Below, in pieces: positions 26,778 to 41,700 of a stretch of DNA of 64,000 nt. The notes below the pieces were generated by a model, which worked only from the letters and a program-made list of their open reading frames with translations, did no database searches and was not told the DNA's origin. This stretch comes from Mytilus edulis (taxonomy: Eukaryota): NCBI RefSeq assembly GCF_963676685.1, contig NC_092357.1, positions 38,440,001-38,504,000 of the forward strand, in the 5' to 3' direction. A program made the position numbers and the translations under genes. The stretch's first letter is position 1. Each line of letters opens with the position of its first letter.

Positions 26778-29490
26778 TATAAACTTATCCCAAGTTTTGA
26801 CACAAGCCCATGAATCTGTTCATGGATCCTATACTGAAGTCCCTATAAACAACAATGTGAACAATAATCAGACATTTACATGCAGTCCAAACCAGATAAA
26901 CCAACTTCAACAAAATTGTATTCGGCCAGTTCTGCTGAGCATCCCCCTACCAGTTCAATCTTCTTTTAATTATCAACAATCAGCACCTGGTTCGATGCAA
27001 TTTTTACAACCCTCTGTTCCATCATCCGTTCAAACTGAAAGCCTTATGCATATCCCGAACATCACACCACAAATGATATACAGCAATACCAACGACACAA
27101 ACAACAGATTGCAACGTCTAGAACACGTAATGAACGACAAACTGTCTAAATTAGATCTGCTTGATATGTTTGCTGAGAAATTTAAAAAAAATTGAAAACC
27201 ACATATCCAAAATGAGCAATGAAATAAATGATATAAGAATTGTTCAGCAGATACACTCCCAAACAATAAGTAAACAAGAAAATCATCATCATCACATCGA
27301 AGATAGAGTGAGGAATCTTGAAAGATCAAACAGAAAATTGGAAAGTGAAAATTTCGAGTTGAAAGAAAAATTTCTAAAATTACAATCTCATTCCATAAAG
27401 TACAATTTAATTTTTGGTGGTAAACGAAATCAAGATGGTTATGAGGAAAATACAGAAGAAGTATTGAGGTCTTTTCTTTCGGAAGAAATGGAAATTTCGT
27501 ATGTTGGAGAAATACAATTCCAAAATGTGCACCGACTTGGTGAGCGGTCTGACGGCAGGGAACGAAGCATTATTGCCTGATTTACTATATTCAGTGACCA
27601 TGAACGTGTTAACAGAGCAGCTGCGATTAAATTAAAGAACAAACCACAATTTCTATATACCAGCAATACCCGCGTTAAATAAATGAATGGCGTAAAAAAC
27701 TCATTCGGAGCATGAAGGAGTTCAAAAGGCAAAGACGACACGCAAAGCTAGTTTACGATAAACTCCTTGTAGATGGTGAAGTATACAACCCTGACGCCCA
27801 TCGTGAACCCCCGCCTACAATTCCAGGTCAACCGTTACCCAATAATGATCGAGATTATTAGGAAAACGCATCAGACATTGATTACGGTCATTTAAATGAC
27901 ATTCATAATACCTTAAAAATAACCTTTTTAAATGCATGTGGTATCAAATCAAAACTATTAAATCCAGATTTTGATGTATTGATTAAAAATTATGATATTC
28001 TGATATTTGTTGAAACTAAAATTGATGACATTGACGAGTTAAAATTACCAGATGGTTACCTCTACTTTGCAAAAAATCGAATAAAATTTGTGAAAAAATC
28101 AGGGGGTATAGTCGTTGTATTCAAAAAAATCACTTTCTGAATTTTTTGAAGTCAGACTCAGAATTAGTTCAGTGGGTGGAATTTTCATTAAATTGTACTA
28201 AAACTTTGATGAGCAATACATTTATACTTGGATGTATTTAGATCCCTCCTGAAAATTCGAAGTATTCTTCAGAAGAAGCATTCACTGATATAGAAGAAGA
28301 ACTTCTATTTTTTCTCATGATATAAATAATATTGCTCTTGTTGGTGATTTTAACTCAAGAACAGGACATATGAGTGATATTGTTGAAATAGACGAGAATC
28401 TGTTTGATATGTTAGATATTTTTAATGCATCTGAAATTATGAATGAAAATACATTGTGTGTAAAAACTTTATTAAAAAGAGTATTCCCGTTGAAAGGTAT
28501 AGTGAGGACAAAATTATTGTTTACAATTATTACAGAAAATTAATAGAGTTATGCAAACGATGTTCATTATGTTTTGCAAAAGGTAGATTGCATCAGGATA
28601 ACATTTATTGGAAAAAAATACTTGTAAAGACGCAAGTCTTGTTGATTACCTTATTTTGTCACCTGATATGTTTGACCTAGTTATGGAATTTGAAATATTT
28701 GACTTTGATCCTACACTATCTGATGTTCATAATCAGATGCATTTTTCTTTATGCATTACACACAAAAATTACTCTGATTAAAATAAGAAAAACAACACTT
28801 ACGTTCAATGGAACACAAACAAGGCACACGAGTTTACACAGGTACTCAGTGATGACAGGGAGGCATTGAATTCAATCAAACACACCCTCGAAAATTTTCA
28901 AACGGAATCTATTACACCACTACAGGTCAATGACCTACTTAGTGAACTCGGAAATGTACTCTTAGATACGGCTTCAACTGCGTTTGGACCAGCTGGCAAA
29001 CAGCGTCAAAGATCAACTCAAATCAAACCATGGTTTAAACAAATGCAAGATTATGCGTGATGAGTTTCACAGAGCAAGAAGGAAATACCAAAAAAATAAG
29101 ACTACTGATAACAAAACACTGATAAATATGAAGGTTCAAGAATACCGACAACTCCTTAATAAGAGATATAAAAAATACCAAGAAAATTGCGCAAACGAGT
29201 TTCGATCATTATCAAAAACAAACAAAAAAGCATTTCGGAATACACTTCACAAATTTTCAAGTAAAAGAAAAGATAACCCACAGGTAGAGATTGACACTGT
29301 TTTTGAATATTTTTAAAATTTAAATGCAAGTAAAGATGACGAGGGAGATTTTAGTTTGAATATTGATAGTATTTGTGTAAATCCTGTATATGATGAGTTA
29401 TTAAATGGAAAAATAACAGAATAAGAAATATCTGATGCAATAAAGGTGCTGAAAAATAACAAAACTCCATGTACAGATAAAATTTTAAAT

Positions 29491-30858
29491 AAAATTGAGA
29501 AAGGAAATGGTGAATATGTCAAAGCGACAACCACCCGACCATAGAGCAAAAAACAGACGAAGGCAACCAATGGGTCTTCAATGTAGCGAGAATTCCCGCA
29601 CCCGTAGGTGTCCTTCAGCTGGCCCCTAAAATATGCATAATAGTACAGTGATAATGGACGTCATACTAAACTCCGAATTATACACAAGAAACTAAAATTT
29701 AAAATCATACAAGACTAACAAAGGCCAGAGGCTCCTGACTTGGGACAGGCGCAAAATTGCGGCGGGGTTAAACATGTTTATGAGATCTCAACCCTCCCCC
29801 TATACCTCTAGCCAATGTAGAAAAGTAAAAGAATAACAATACGCACATTAAAATTCAGTTCAAGAGAAGTCCGAGTCTGATGTCAAAAGATGTAACAAAA
29901 GAAAATAAATAAAATGACAATAATACATAAATAACAACAGACTACTAGCAGTTAACTGACATGCCAGCTCCAGACCTCAATTAAACTGATTGAAAGATTA
30001 TGTCTTCATCATATGAATATCAGGTACAATCCCTCCCGTTAGGGGTTTAGTATCATACTATCATAAAATATATGAGAAGAACATAACCCGTGTCATGCCA
30101 ACAACTGTTTTTTTAGAAATAAATGTGTTTAGTTCCGATGCAAAGACCCTATCAGTGAATCAATGTTAAAGCCAAAATATGCAATCTTTAATGACCTGAC
30201 AACAGTATCGTAACTATATCCCCTTTTAATAAGTCTATTTAAAGGTTTTGTTAGTTTCTGAGGAGAATACTGACATTTTTGTGCTTTATAAAGAATATTT
30301 CCATAAAATTTTGGATGTGAAATACCTGAACGTATAAGATGTCTGCATGTTGAGTTATATTTACGAATTATTTCCTTATACCGGTGATAAAATTTAGTAA
30401 ATGTTTTGACCAGTTTGTGATATCGAAAACCCTGGTGTAATAATTTTTCAGTAATACATAAATTTCTCTCGCTAAAATCTAATACATTGTTACATACACG
30501 AGCGAATCGTACAAGTTGAGATATATAAACACCATAAGATGGTGACAAGGGAACGTCACCATCTAAAAATGGATAATTAACAATAGGAAATGAAAAATCA
30601 TCTCTTTTATCATAAATTTTAGTATTAAGCTTCCCGTTTATGATATAGATATCAAGATCGAGGAAAGGGCAGTGGTCATTGTTATCATTAGCTTTATTTA
30701 AAGTAAGTTCTACAGGATAAATTTCTTTAGTATACATACTGAAGTCGTCATTATTTAGAGCCAATATATCATCCAAATATCTAAAAGTATTGTTAAATTT
30801 TTGTATCAAATGTTGTTTTGATGGGTCTTTGCTAATTTTAGTCATAAATTGTAACTGA
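29491..30858 (-). mobile_element. 5'-truncated Penelope-like retroelement inserted in the LINE ORF2
   Basis: Uninterrupted RT C-terminal half (FRYLDDIL..YPVELTL..PFLDLDI..TKIYDKRDDFSFPIVNYPFL..YGVYISQLVRFAR, stop at 30129) plus a ~640-bp 3' region. It splits the LINE peptide DKILN|EYLK with a short AAAT overlap. Confidence 0.85.
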
Positions 30859-31665
30859 AAATGAATATTTGAAATATTCAACTCCATTGTTAATTTCTAT
30901 ATATTGTGAGCTTTTTAATTTAGTGTTAGATACTGGTATTATTCCATAAAGCTGGACCAGTGGAATTATAAAACCATTTTTTAAAAACAAGGGTAACCCC
31001 TCTGATCCTGATAATTTCAGGACAATCACACGTATCAGTTGCCTATGGAAATTATTTACGTCTGTAATATATTCTAGATTAAATATTTGTGCTAACGACT
31101 TGAGTCTCGTTTCCAAAAATCAAGCTGGTTTCAGGAAAGGATATTCAACAGTTGACAACACTTTTGTATTGCATACTCTAATTGAGTTATATTTTTCGGT
31201 TGGCAAGAAGCTTAATTTATTGTACTTTCGTCGACTTTCGCAAGGCGTTCGACACTGTCTGGCGATCAGGGCTAGGGACAAAATTACAAAATTGTGAGAT
31301 TAAAGGTAAATGTTTTAAGGTTATCTTTAACATGTACCATGATATTAAATCTTGCATTCAGTATAATGGTCACCAGTCTGAATGTTTCCCTTGTCTTATT
31401 GGTGTAAGGCAGGGGGGTAATTTATCACCGTTTCTTTTTCTATATTTCTTAATGAGCTAGAAAGAATTTTCAGCCAGTTAGACGGTGAACCTCTTAATAT
31501 CATTAAAAAGAACCTCGAAAGTGAGTTGCACATTTTTTATGAATTATTTGTTATTCTATATGCAGATGACATTGTCATTTTATCTGAAAGTATGGAATGT
31601 ATGCAAAGAGCTCTAGACATTTTTCAATCATATTGTGATATAAGGAAACTACAGGTTAATGTTAA

Positions 31666-32403
31666 GGTTTATGTACCCTTCTGTAGCCATTTTTGTACGA
31701 ACTTTTCAAACTTCAATTGTATCGAAACTACAGATATAATGAATAATGAAGATAAGCCATTTTGTACATATTCAAAGGGGAAACTTGATGCAAAGCATTA
31801 TTTTTTACTGTTCTATTGCACTTAATAGAAAAAGAGGACTTTGTGGCAAATAAATCAAGATTTTTATAGAAAATCCACAGCTTTTATCCTTGTACTCTCA
31901 TATTTGGCAATTTGATGACTGATAGATATAGAATTATTGCATGCAGTGCTAGCATTGATTTCCTTAAAACAAGTTTATAAATGTAGTTATTGGTTAAGAC
32001 AAGTATAAATATGGCCAAAATCAAGTACACCTTTTAGGGTGCGCTCGACTTTAGTGACTCAGCACGAGGTGTTTTGGAAATTACAGGTTACTTAGAACTT
32101 TTGGTAAAAAATAAACACTAGCACATCATAGAAAATCAAGTGATTAATTTATGTTTCAAATTTTATAACAAACATCTCTGTATTAAAGGCTGTGGATTTT
32201 CTATAAAAATCATGATTTATTTGCCACAAAGTCTTCTTTTCTATCAAATGCAATGAAACAGTAAAAAATAATGCTTTGCATCAAGTGACCCCTTGGAATA
32301 TGTACTAAATGGCCTATCTTTATTATTCATTGTATCTGTAGTTTTGATACAATTAAGGTTTGAAAAATTCGTAAAAAAATGGCTACAGAAGGGTACATAA
32401 ACC
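31666..32403. mobile_element. 738-bp MITE with ~220-bp TIRs and TTAA target duplication (Kolobok-type ends)
   Basis: TTAA|GGTTTATGTACCCTTCTGTAGCC ... GGCTACAGAAGGGTACATAAACC|TTAA. Removing it restores LINE codons QVNVNKTKVM. GG..CC ends with TTAA fit Kolobok better than piggyBac (CC..GG). Confidence 0.88.
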
Positions 32404-35400
32404 TTAATAAAACTAAAGTTATGATTTTTTGTAAAAGAAAAACGAGACAGAATTTTATTTTTACTTTGCAAGATTGTAACCTTGAAATTGTTGATACATA
32501 TTCATACCTAGGTGTTATTTTCAAATATAATGAAACGTTGAGCAAGCACAAAAAGCGTTATATTCCATTTACAAACTATTCCGTAATGAATCAATACCTA
32601 TAGATATACAATTAAAAATGTTTGATTCTATGTTTGAACCAATTTTATTGTACGGTTCAGAAGTGTGGGGTTTTGAAAACCTTAAATTAATTGAACAAAT
32701 CCATTTGAAATTCTGTAAGAGAATTTTGAAAGTTCGAAATTCAACTGCATCATTTATGGTTTATGGAGAACTTGGGAGGTATCCACTCGAAATTCGGGTC
32801 AAATTGAGGATGATTTCTTTTTGGAGTAAATTAGTATTAAATGAAAATAAACTTAGCAGTACTTTATACAAGTTATTGCTATGTTTAAAAAGCAATCATG
32901 GTGTGAATTTCAAGTGGATAAACCACATAGAATCTATATTTAATGAGCTAGGCATGAGCTTTATTTTTGTTAAACCATTTTGCTGTATACGAAAAGGCTT
33001 TAGTAAAACAAATGTTGTGTGACCAGTTCATACAAAATGGTATAGTGATTTACACACCACATCACGTGGACAATTTTATTCACTGTTCAAAAAAAGTTTT
33101 TAAATAGAAAGATACCTTATTAATTTACCAGAGTCATCTAGAATTTGGATTTCGAAACTGGTAGATGGTACAATATACAAAAATCAGAAAAAAAATGTAA
33201 TTTATGCAAAGAGGATATTTGTGATGAGTATCATGTATTATTTTTTTGTAAAAATGCAAAGTTGTAGATTTGAGAAACAGATACTTACCACAGTATTATA
33301 GAAATAATCAAAACAATGTAAAAATGGAAGGTCTTTTGTCACTTTGCAATATTGAATTATATAAGAAATTGTCAATGTTTATCAGAAAACTGTCTTCTCT
33401 TCTTTAAATTTTGTTTGTATTTATTTGTTAATCACTTGTTCATTTCTGTCATATTTAATGTATATATGTTATCAATAATGTAAGTCTAAGTCTAAGTGTT
33501 TTCCTAATAAATCTTGAAATCTTGAGTAATAAAGATTAAACAGAAGTTTTAATCCCTCCGATCAGATAAATAACAACTTGATCATGCACCTACCACCTGT
33601 GGAGTATTTCAATATATATCAAAGTCATTAGACATGTTAAAAATGTGTTTTGACTGATATATTATAATTCAAATTTCACAAAGAGCATAAAGTCCCATCA
33701 AAATAAGTTACCTAATTAATTCTACAAAATGTTGGACTTATTTTATCATATTTATCATGTTTATCAGTTGTATATTTTTTTTTACTTAAAATTCATCAAT
33801 TTTTTTTTTGGATTTTTTACATATAAGTGCAGTTTCTCCAAGGATTATACTCACATATGTAATAGTTTTATAGATTTTCATCATTTATCCTTTTTCCAGG
33901 TACTTCAGGAACTTTTATATACTACACCAACTGAAGAGAGTAAAGATCCTAAAGAAACGGTACGTCTAAACACAGCTAAGAACTCTTATATGCCACTTTG
34001 GACTAGAATTTTTTAACAAATAGGTTTTTATGAATGTATACCTTCAATATATTTACAAACAGAGAGCAAAGAGAAAACGTCCTAGGATTCAAACTGTTGG
34101 AGGAATTTATGCGGAATGACTATATACCCATAAATGGGACAGAAAGACGGACGGGCGGACAGAGATCAATCACTCTGCCCCTAACTTTCAGTTACAATAA
34201 AGTTGTGGTGGCTTGAAAAAGAGTTTCAATTGGCTGACTCAATAGATCGGTATGCCTGGGTAATTTGAATCCATCGGGGTGATCTTTGCTCACATCGAGT
34301 AATGACAAAACCTTATTGAGTAATGACAAAACTATATCAAGTCAAAACGAAATCATGTTGTGTAATATCGAAATATCATTAAGTAATGACTATTCCATAT
34401 TGAGTTATATTAAAACATCATTACGTAATGTCAAAACCATATTAAGTAAAGAAAAACAACATAAAGTAATATCAGAGTTACACATAAGACAGCTGTGTTC
34501 CATAGTTAGTACAAAACTTCTTGATTTGTAATGTGCTCATACCTTATCCTTGATTTCTGGCAGTTTTAAAAGGCAGTGTTGAACGTGAGTTGACATTTGG
34601 TGATATTCAGTCTTTTATCATTAGAGCATGTACTTTAAGATGAACTTGGTATTCAGTTTTATTATCATTACAATGTCTCATTTTCATTGAGATTGTCTGA
34701 CTCCGTCCGTCACTCATGGTTCATTGACTTGGAAATTTTGTGTACTTTACATAGCACCTTTTTCTTTAGTGTTTGTTAATGCACCGACTTTGTTTTTGAA
34801 GTAGATTTAATTGTTCTCATGTACAGAATTGAAGATTGTTACAAACCTTGCTGAACACTTGCTACATTATATTCTGTTATTGAACCGATCAAGCAGGTAC
34901 TTTTTCGCTTTAATTAGACATGTTAGGAAAGCGACACTACTGCTGGCACTAGTGTTGGATGGAAGATGAATACAATATGATGTGGGGACCATCTCAAAAA
35001 GTACAAAACTATTTTTTTTTGTTACCAGTATGGAGAGACGTGTTTGATGCCTCTGAATTTATAGTTATTAAAGTACACAGGAGAAGATCTGAATAAAATA
35101 TATATTTTAAAAGAACCAACAAAGGTTTAAAAGATACATTTTAAGATCAACTACTATTAATCTTGTGAAAAATTTATCTGGATTAAACATTTTGTTAACA
35201 AATGGTAAAAGGATGAAGTCGTATAACATCTAAAAACAAATTGACCCGTGATCTCGGATTGAAATCCGTGATTTCAGATTATTAATCGGTGATCCCGGAT
35301 TGATAATCTGTGTTCATTAAGTGGTAATCTGTTTTCGTGAATTGCTAATCTGTGATCTCGGATTGGTAATCCTGAAGTGAATAACTATGTGAATTAAATC

Positions 35401-38315
35401 ACTTTTTCATTCGATACATGTAATACAACTTCCATTTACCGAAAGTTAGCTCAAAGGCATTTTAACAACTAAATAATGCAAGGTTCATTTAAACACTCGG
35501 ATGAAGTTGGTATTTACTATGCGCTAGCGTTAAGGAACTGATATTAGTACTTTGTGTCGACTTAAGAAATAAAAAAAATATCAAGACATTAAAAAAAGAA
35601 GAAAAATAACTTTATGTTCAGTTGCAATTGCTTCCAGCTGCCACACTCATATGAGCAATTGCCATCTTTTAAAATAAAATGTGTATGCATTTCCGATTCA
35701 AATGATTTGTATCTTCTCGCTAACATAATTAAAGGGGATCCTGAAACGAAAACGTCTGTCCGTGCGTTTGTCAACTTTCGTACGTAACACCCTTGTTAAG
35801 ACTTTATTTTCCCTCATTCCAGGAATTTGAACACACTTGGTAATACTTAGTACTCATGAATATTAAGAATCTATAAATGTTCGAGGTCAAAGGTCAAGGT
35901 TACTGTTAGAATTTATATGATATCCTTGTTACAAAATTTAACACTAGGCTCGATTTGTCTTACATGTAACTAGGCATATCTTTATCCTTAATAATATCTA
36001 GAAACCAATGCATTTTCAAGTACAGCGGTCAAATTGAATTGACCACAAACTGTTACACCACATGAGCATGATGAGAGACATCAATTAAGCCGTCAGAAAA
36101 CTCCGAGCTAAAAAAAGAAATGTAAAAATTTGAAGAAAGAAGAATATCAGAGTGCCGTGTGTATGTTGAACACGCAATGAGACGTTTAAAGATAAACAGG
36201 GTCGTTTGAAACATTTCGGAGACATGAAAGGTACGAACGTTGAACTGCATACCAGACATGTCAAGAGACAAACTGGGATATGTTCGTATCAAACCGAAGG
36301 CTTATTTCAATATGCACTTGATTACAAAATCAAAAATTTGCCTTTTAGAATAAATCATCGAGCATTCATTTGTGTAAAATGAAAACTTTTATCTCGTTTC
36401 CAAAATACTTTTTTTTATTTTTTTTTTTAAATCGTTCCAGAATGATAATTAAACTTATTTCCATTGGGAGATAAGGTTAGACTAGTTCATCTCTGTTTTT
36501 GCAAGAATTTGTAGATTCTGAAACTGAAATGAAAACATGTTCCCCCTTTTTATCCACAAAAAGCAAAGATTTGCCTATTAGTTACTGTTTTATGATATTT
36601 TGTATTCATTAATGAAATAATTACAGTTGCATGCATGGTAATAATCATAGACAATAATAGTATCCCATGTAATTTATTTCTAAATTCAGATCTAGTTATT
36701 AATGTTGGGTCTTTAAAAATTATTGTTTTGCATACTACATGTATCAATAAAGTATTTCAGTGGTCAAACAGGTAATACAAAACGATATAGTATTTATACT
36801 TTTGGAGCTGAACCCCACATCATATTGTATTCATCTTCAATCCAACACTAGCACCAGGAGTAGTGTTGACTTTCCTAACACGTCTAATAAGATCACACAT
36901 TAACAACGATAATATAATTATTGCAGAGTAGATGATTCATATGCTCAAAACAAAATAACGAATCTTTCACAAAATTTACTGATGCGTTTTTATTGCCGAA
37001 TTCTAAAATCTTAAATTCTAGAAAAGCTAACTAATCTTTTGTTACAAATTCTGAGCCAATTCATCATTTTTTCATATGTACATTGAACAACAATATTAAT
37101 ATGTATTACATATAATTACAAGTGACAATACACAATGATACAGTCCGCATGAGGTTATTTTTCAAAAGATATGTTATTCAAATACCTAGTTACTGTATAA
37201 AACTATTTAAAAGTTATTTCCTATAATTTTTATTTCGTCGTTATAAATTGTATGACAATGTGGCAGCATTTAAGGATAAAGGAACAACACAAAGGCATCT
37301 AGTCGTTATTTGAACATGTTGAAAGAATCAGAAAACTATTGTAATACTGGATACTTCTCCGCCTTAAATGGAACGTTTCGAGGTTAAAAATGTTATTCTA
37401 CAATCATAGCACGTACGGACGTAAAACTATGTCATTTGTAATGTCTAGTGTTCTATCAATAAATTCTCTACAACTTGTATGACTATCATGACGTGTTTCC
37501 CTTCGTGATTTGACATTGTTAAACATATCAAATATGGTTATTATATATCCGCTATACATCTTCCCATTCACACTATTTGTAAAAGAAATTTTGAACAAAT
37601 ACCAGATCTCCCAACTGTATTGAATGCGAAAAAAATGCCTGTACAAAGTCACGAGTAAGGCAGTTGTTATCCATTTGTTTGAAGTATTCGAGCTTTTGAC
37701 TTTGCCATTTAATTACAGAATTTTCGTTTTAATTTTTCCTTCGAATTTCGTTATTTTTTTTTTTGGTAAAATCAAAGAACGAACAGAAAAGTTTTGCCTT
37801 TTTTTATTTTAGGAATTCACGTTGAATAGGCAGAGAAAGTATGCCTTCTATAATTGAATAACCCTTTCCATAATGGAATAACCTCTTCTAAAACGTACCA
37901 AATTGGTTTTACCTTTACATATAACATGTATAATATACTAAATAAAAGCAAAGTCTTAAATTCAGATTTGACATAAATGATATAACAATACAGCATAATA
38001 CACTTATTTTTCTGTAATTCTGAGGTATTTTACTGACCACCTTTTTTTTTAAATGTTTAACAGTACTAAATTGCAAGCACTTTTCAATTATCAAATATAA
38101 TATTCAACAATTTTACATACACTGGCATCACAATTGATATGTTCATTTATACATTTCTTTTGGCAACGTTTTGCTAAAATCCACAATTAATGTACAACTC
38201 ATTCGAATACTTTGCACCACACACACAATCCTTTGTACTTGAAAATAAAAGAAACAGAGAAAAATTAACATATGGAACTACAATACAGTACATTGAAAAT
38301 ACAACAAAAAATCTA

Positions 38316-38752
38316 TTAATTCAACTGGCCAAGTAGCTTTCTGAGTGCATCCTTGTAATAGCTGTCGCGTGTGTAAAATCTTAGAGAGTGAGCTGAATTT
38401 AAACCCATTGGTGGTTTCACATTAGCTTTGATAATTACAGGGACAACTAGTGGTTGTGAACCATATAATGCAGCAGTAAGATTTTTTATTTTGGAGATAT
38501 CAGGCCAGCAACGTTTTGCAAACACATCCGATACCAGAATAAACAGCAGTACTGCTTTCGGCATTTCTTCATCAGTTCTGTTCAGAAATTCCTCAGTGGT
38601 GTTTCTTTCAATTATTATTTCATGTACTTTGTTTAATGTGACACTTCGAGGCGCTTCTTGCAAAACGTCAGACTTGAATGATTTCAAATCACTTTTGTTC
38701 TCTTCAGCTGCCATCATAAGTATCAAAGGTTCAACAGTTAACTCCTGTTTAA
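38316..38752 (-). CDS. Terminal exon encoding a TIR-like domain (TICAM/ecTIR-type)
   Basis: Acceptor TATTTCAG|TT. Protein ..PLILMMAAEENKSDLKSFKSDVL..AVLLFILVSDVFAKRCW..VVPVII..PPMGLNSAHSLRF..ALRKLL* shows the alternating beta/alpha pattern and P-x-GL-x-S motif seen in TIR adaptors. Confidence 0.7.
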
Positions 38753-41700
38753 CTGAAATAATTGGTGTACATAAATTATATGTATTTTTATATTATTTGT
38801 CACGTTATTATAATATACTCGAACACAACGTGTTGAAACTATAAAACTAAAACTATGTTTTATTTATTAACATTTTAAATGAAATCATATAAATTCATTT
38901 TGAAAACATATATCAGTATGTATATAAAACTGTTAAAAGAACTGACAGATCTGACCTTTTTTTCAAAATAAACTATAAATTCCTTGACTTATGCTTAAGA
39001 TTTCGATTTCCAAAAGTATACGCGAGAATAAGTTGGTGTATAGAAATTATATATAGGGACTAATTGTATCATGTAATCCCCGATTATTGAGGGATTTACA
39101 TCAAGAGTGAGATGATCGTTATGGAACATATCTGTCTACGTGAATGTGTACAAAAACAACAAAACATGTACCACTAGTGGAATATAATCTGCATACCGTA
39201 CCAGCTCACATATAACTCTTAGTTTAAAAAGGTACTTGGGTTGCTTAGTCTTAAGTGTTATATATGGTCAATCAAAGATTTGGGTTTTTTTCGTCTTTGA
39301 TTTGTTTTGCCACCGTATTATCAGTTTCTTTTTTTTAATGATGAGTTTGAAAGCCTCCATGATATTCATTTTTCTTGTATCGGCTTCATCGTGTTCATGT
39401 AAATTTGCTTTGGTATTAGACACTTTATATCATTTATGTATATGTTACTGTAACACATATGTGTGTGATAATTAATTTTCCAAATATACGCAAAATTTAA
39501 AAAAAAAAGGAGAGTAAATTATAAGAAACCAAGATAATAAGCCAGGACATGAAATAACTAAATGACCTTTAAAGGGGAACATACTGTTTATCAATAGCAT
39601 ACAGATGCTCTAATTTGTCCCAAGTCTTTACAAATTGTGATCAAAGTACATAGAAAACAACAAAAATCTTTAATAAAAAAAACTGTTATAATTTTGAAAA
39701 ACTAAAGGCTCTAAAAAGCCCGTGTCGCTCATAATGGTCTATGTGAATATTAAACAAAGGAAGCAGATGGATTCATGACAAAATTGTGTTATGGTGATGG
39801 TGATGTGTTTGTACATATTACTTAGCTAAAAATTCTTGCTGCTTACAATTATCACTATCTATAATGAACTTTGCCAAGAAGTTTCAGTGGTAAATGTAAG
39901 TAAAAATTTCCAAATTTTATGAAAATTGTTAAAAAATGACTATAAAGGACAATAACTCCTTAGGGGTCAATTGACCATTTTGGTCATGTTGACTTATTTG
40001 TAAATCTTACTTTACTGAACATTATTGCTGTTTACAGTTTATCTCTATCTATAATAATATTCAAGACGATAACCAAAAACAGCAATATTTCCTTAAAATT
40101 ATCAATTCAGGGGCAGCAACCCAACAATGGGTTGTCCGATTCATATGAGAATTTCAGGCCACATAAATCTTGACCTGATAAACAATTTTACCCCATGTCT
40201 AAATGCTTTGGTTTTTGAGTTTTAAGCCAAAAACTGCATTTTACCCCTATGTTCTATTTTAGCCGTGGCGGCCATCTTTGTTGGTTGGCCGGGTCAAGCC
40301 ACACATTTTTTAAACTAGATACCCAAATGATGATTGTGGCTTAGTTTGGTTAAATTTGGCCTAGTAGTTTCAGAGAAGAAGATTTTTGAGACGACGGACG
40401 ACAAGTGATGAGAAAAGCTCACTTGGCCCTTTGGGCCAGGTGATCTAAAAAAAGGATGCATTTGCATCTGTTTAAATTCTGAACATCAGTTTTTATTTTG
40501 ATTTTATTCCAATATCAAGTGTTACATAATCAGTTTTTTATTCATAGCAATATCTTATTTGTTTTTGTTAGACTGTACTTACGAGGTCTAGCTCTGGCCT
40601 CTTCAAGGGAAGCGCACTGAGGAACTGCTTGTGCAGCTTCTACCTCTTTTTCTGTGCTTTCGTCTCTCGTTATGTGGGATTCATATCTGCTAAGTGGTTT
40701 GGCTGAGTAAATGTATAAAAACGATATTACACACCTAGTCTTTTCGTAAAATGAGTTATAGTTCAATTTCTAATGAGAAAAGTATTCGTCAAGTATCAAA
40801 TAGTGTATTATATGTAAGAAATTTTTGGCATACGTATAAGCTCTATAGGTTACTTTTCAACCTAAAGCATGATTGATTGATTGAATGTTTTATAAAGCCA
40901 AGTTCAGCAATATTGACTATTTCGATTGATTTATTGTTGGTTGCTTAACGACGAGTGATAAATATATCATACATGTTCAGGACATGACAAATAAATAATA
41001 CTTTCCTGAACGGATAAAATTCGGGATGAAGGTCGTAAAATGTTGACTGTCACTAGAGGGTTAAGTGTAAAGGGACAATCATGTTTTCTTGCAGAAGGCC
41101 ACGATCAAGAGATTATGCAAGGGTGTTTAATGGCAAAGTGCGTGACACTCTGTCTACATGAGGCATCGGATTTCACATTCCCATTCTGACCTGACGACCT
41201 GACTGCGTACTTGTCGAACAGACGTGTGAGTTTTAATAAAAAATCCTTTCAGAATATACCTTTATGCAATTGTATACCATTGCTTACTTGTCGAACAGAT
41301 CTGTGAGTTTTAATAAAAAATCCTTTCAGAATATACCTTTATGCAATTGTATACCATTGCTTACTTGTCGAACAGACGTGTGAGTTTTAATAAAAATCCT
41401 TTCAGAATATACCTTTATGCAATTGTATACCATTGCTTACTTGTCGAACAGACGTGTGAGTTTTAATAAAAATCCTTTCAGAATATACCTTTATGCAATT
41501 GTATACCATTGCTTACTTGTCGAACAGACGTGTGAGTTTTAATAAAAATCCTTTCAGAATATACCGTAATGCAATTGTATACCATTGCTTACTTGTCGAA
41601 CAGACGTGTGAGTTTAAATAAAAATCCTTTCCGAATATACCTTTATGCAATTGTATACCATTGCTTACTTGTCGAACAGACGTGTGAGTTTTAATAACAA

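Larger units (their letters stand above)
26780..33525 (+). mobile_element. Decayed CR1/L2-group LINE (ORF1 + APE-RT ORF2) with two nested insertions
   Basis: ORF1 has a coiled coil and an RRM-like region (KYNLIFGG..EENTEEVLRSFL..NVHRLG). APE motifs: LNACGI, FVETK, SGGI, GDFNSRTG, SDVH. RT motifs: NQAGFRKG, FVDFRKAFD, GVRQG.NLSP.LF, YADD. C-terminal C-x2-C..DEYH..C. Tail AATAAA-(TCTTGAAA) repeat. Many stops and frameshifts. Confidence 0.9.

Noticed and set aside
29500-29630. Ribozyme in the Penelope-like 3' terminus
   Set aside because: CUGAAGG and UUGAAGA occur, but no properly placed GAAA or stems complete a hammerhead.
30859-30887. Start codon of the 252-aa RT ORF
   Set aside because: These codons come from the antisense LINE flank; the Penelope-like copy is 5'-truncated, so the ORF start is chimeric.
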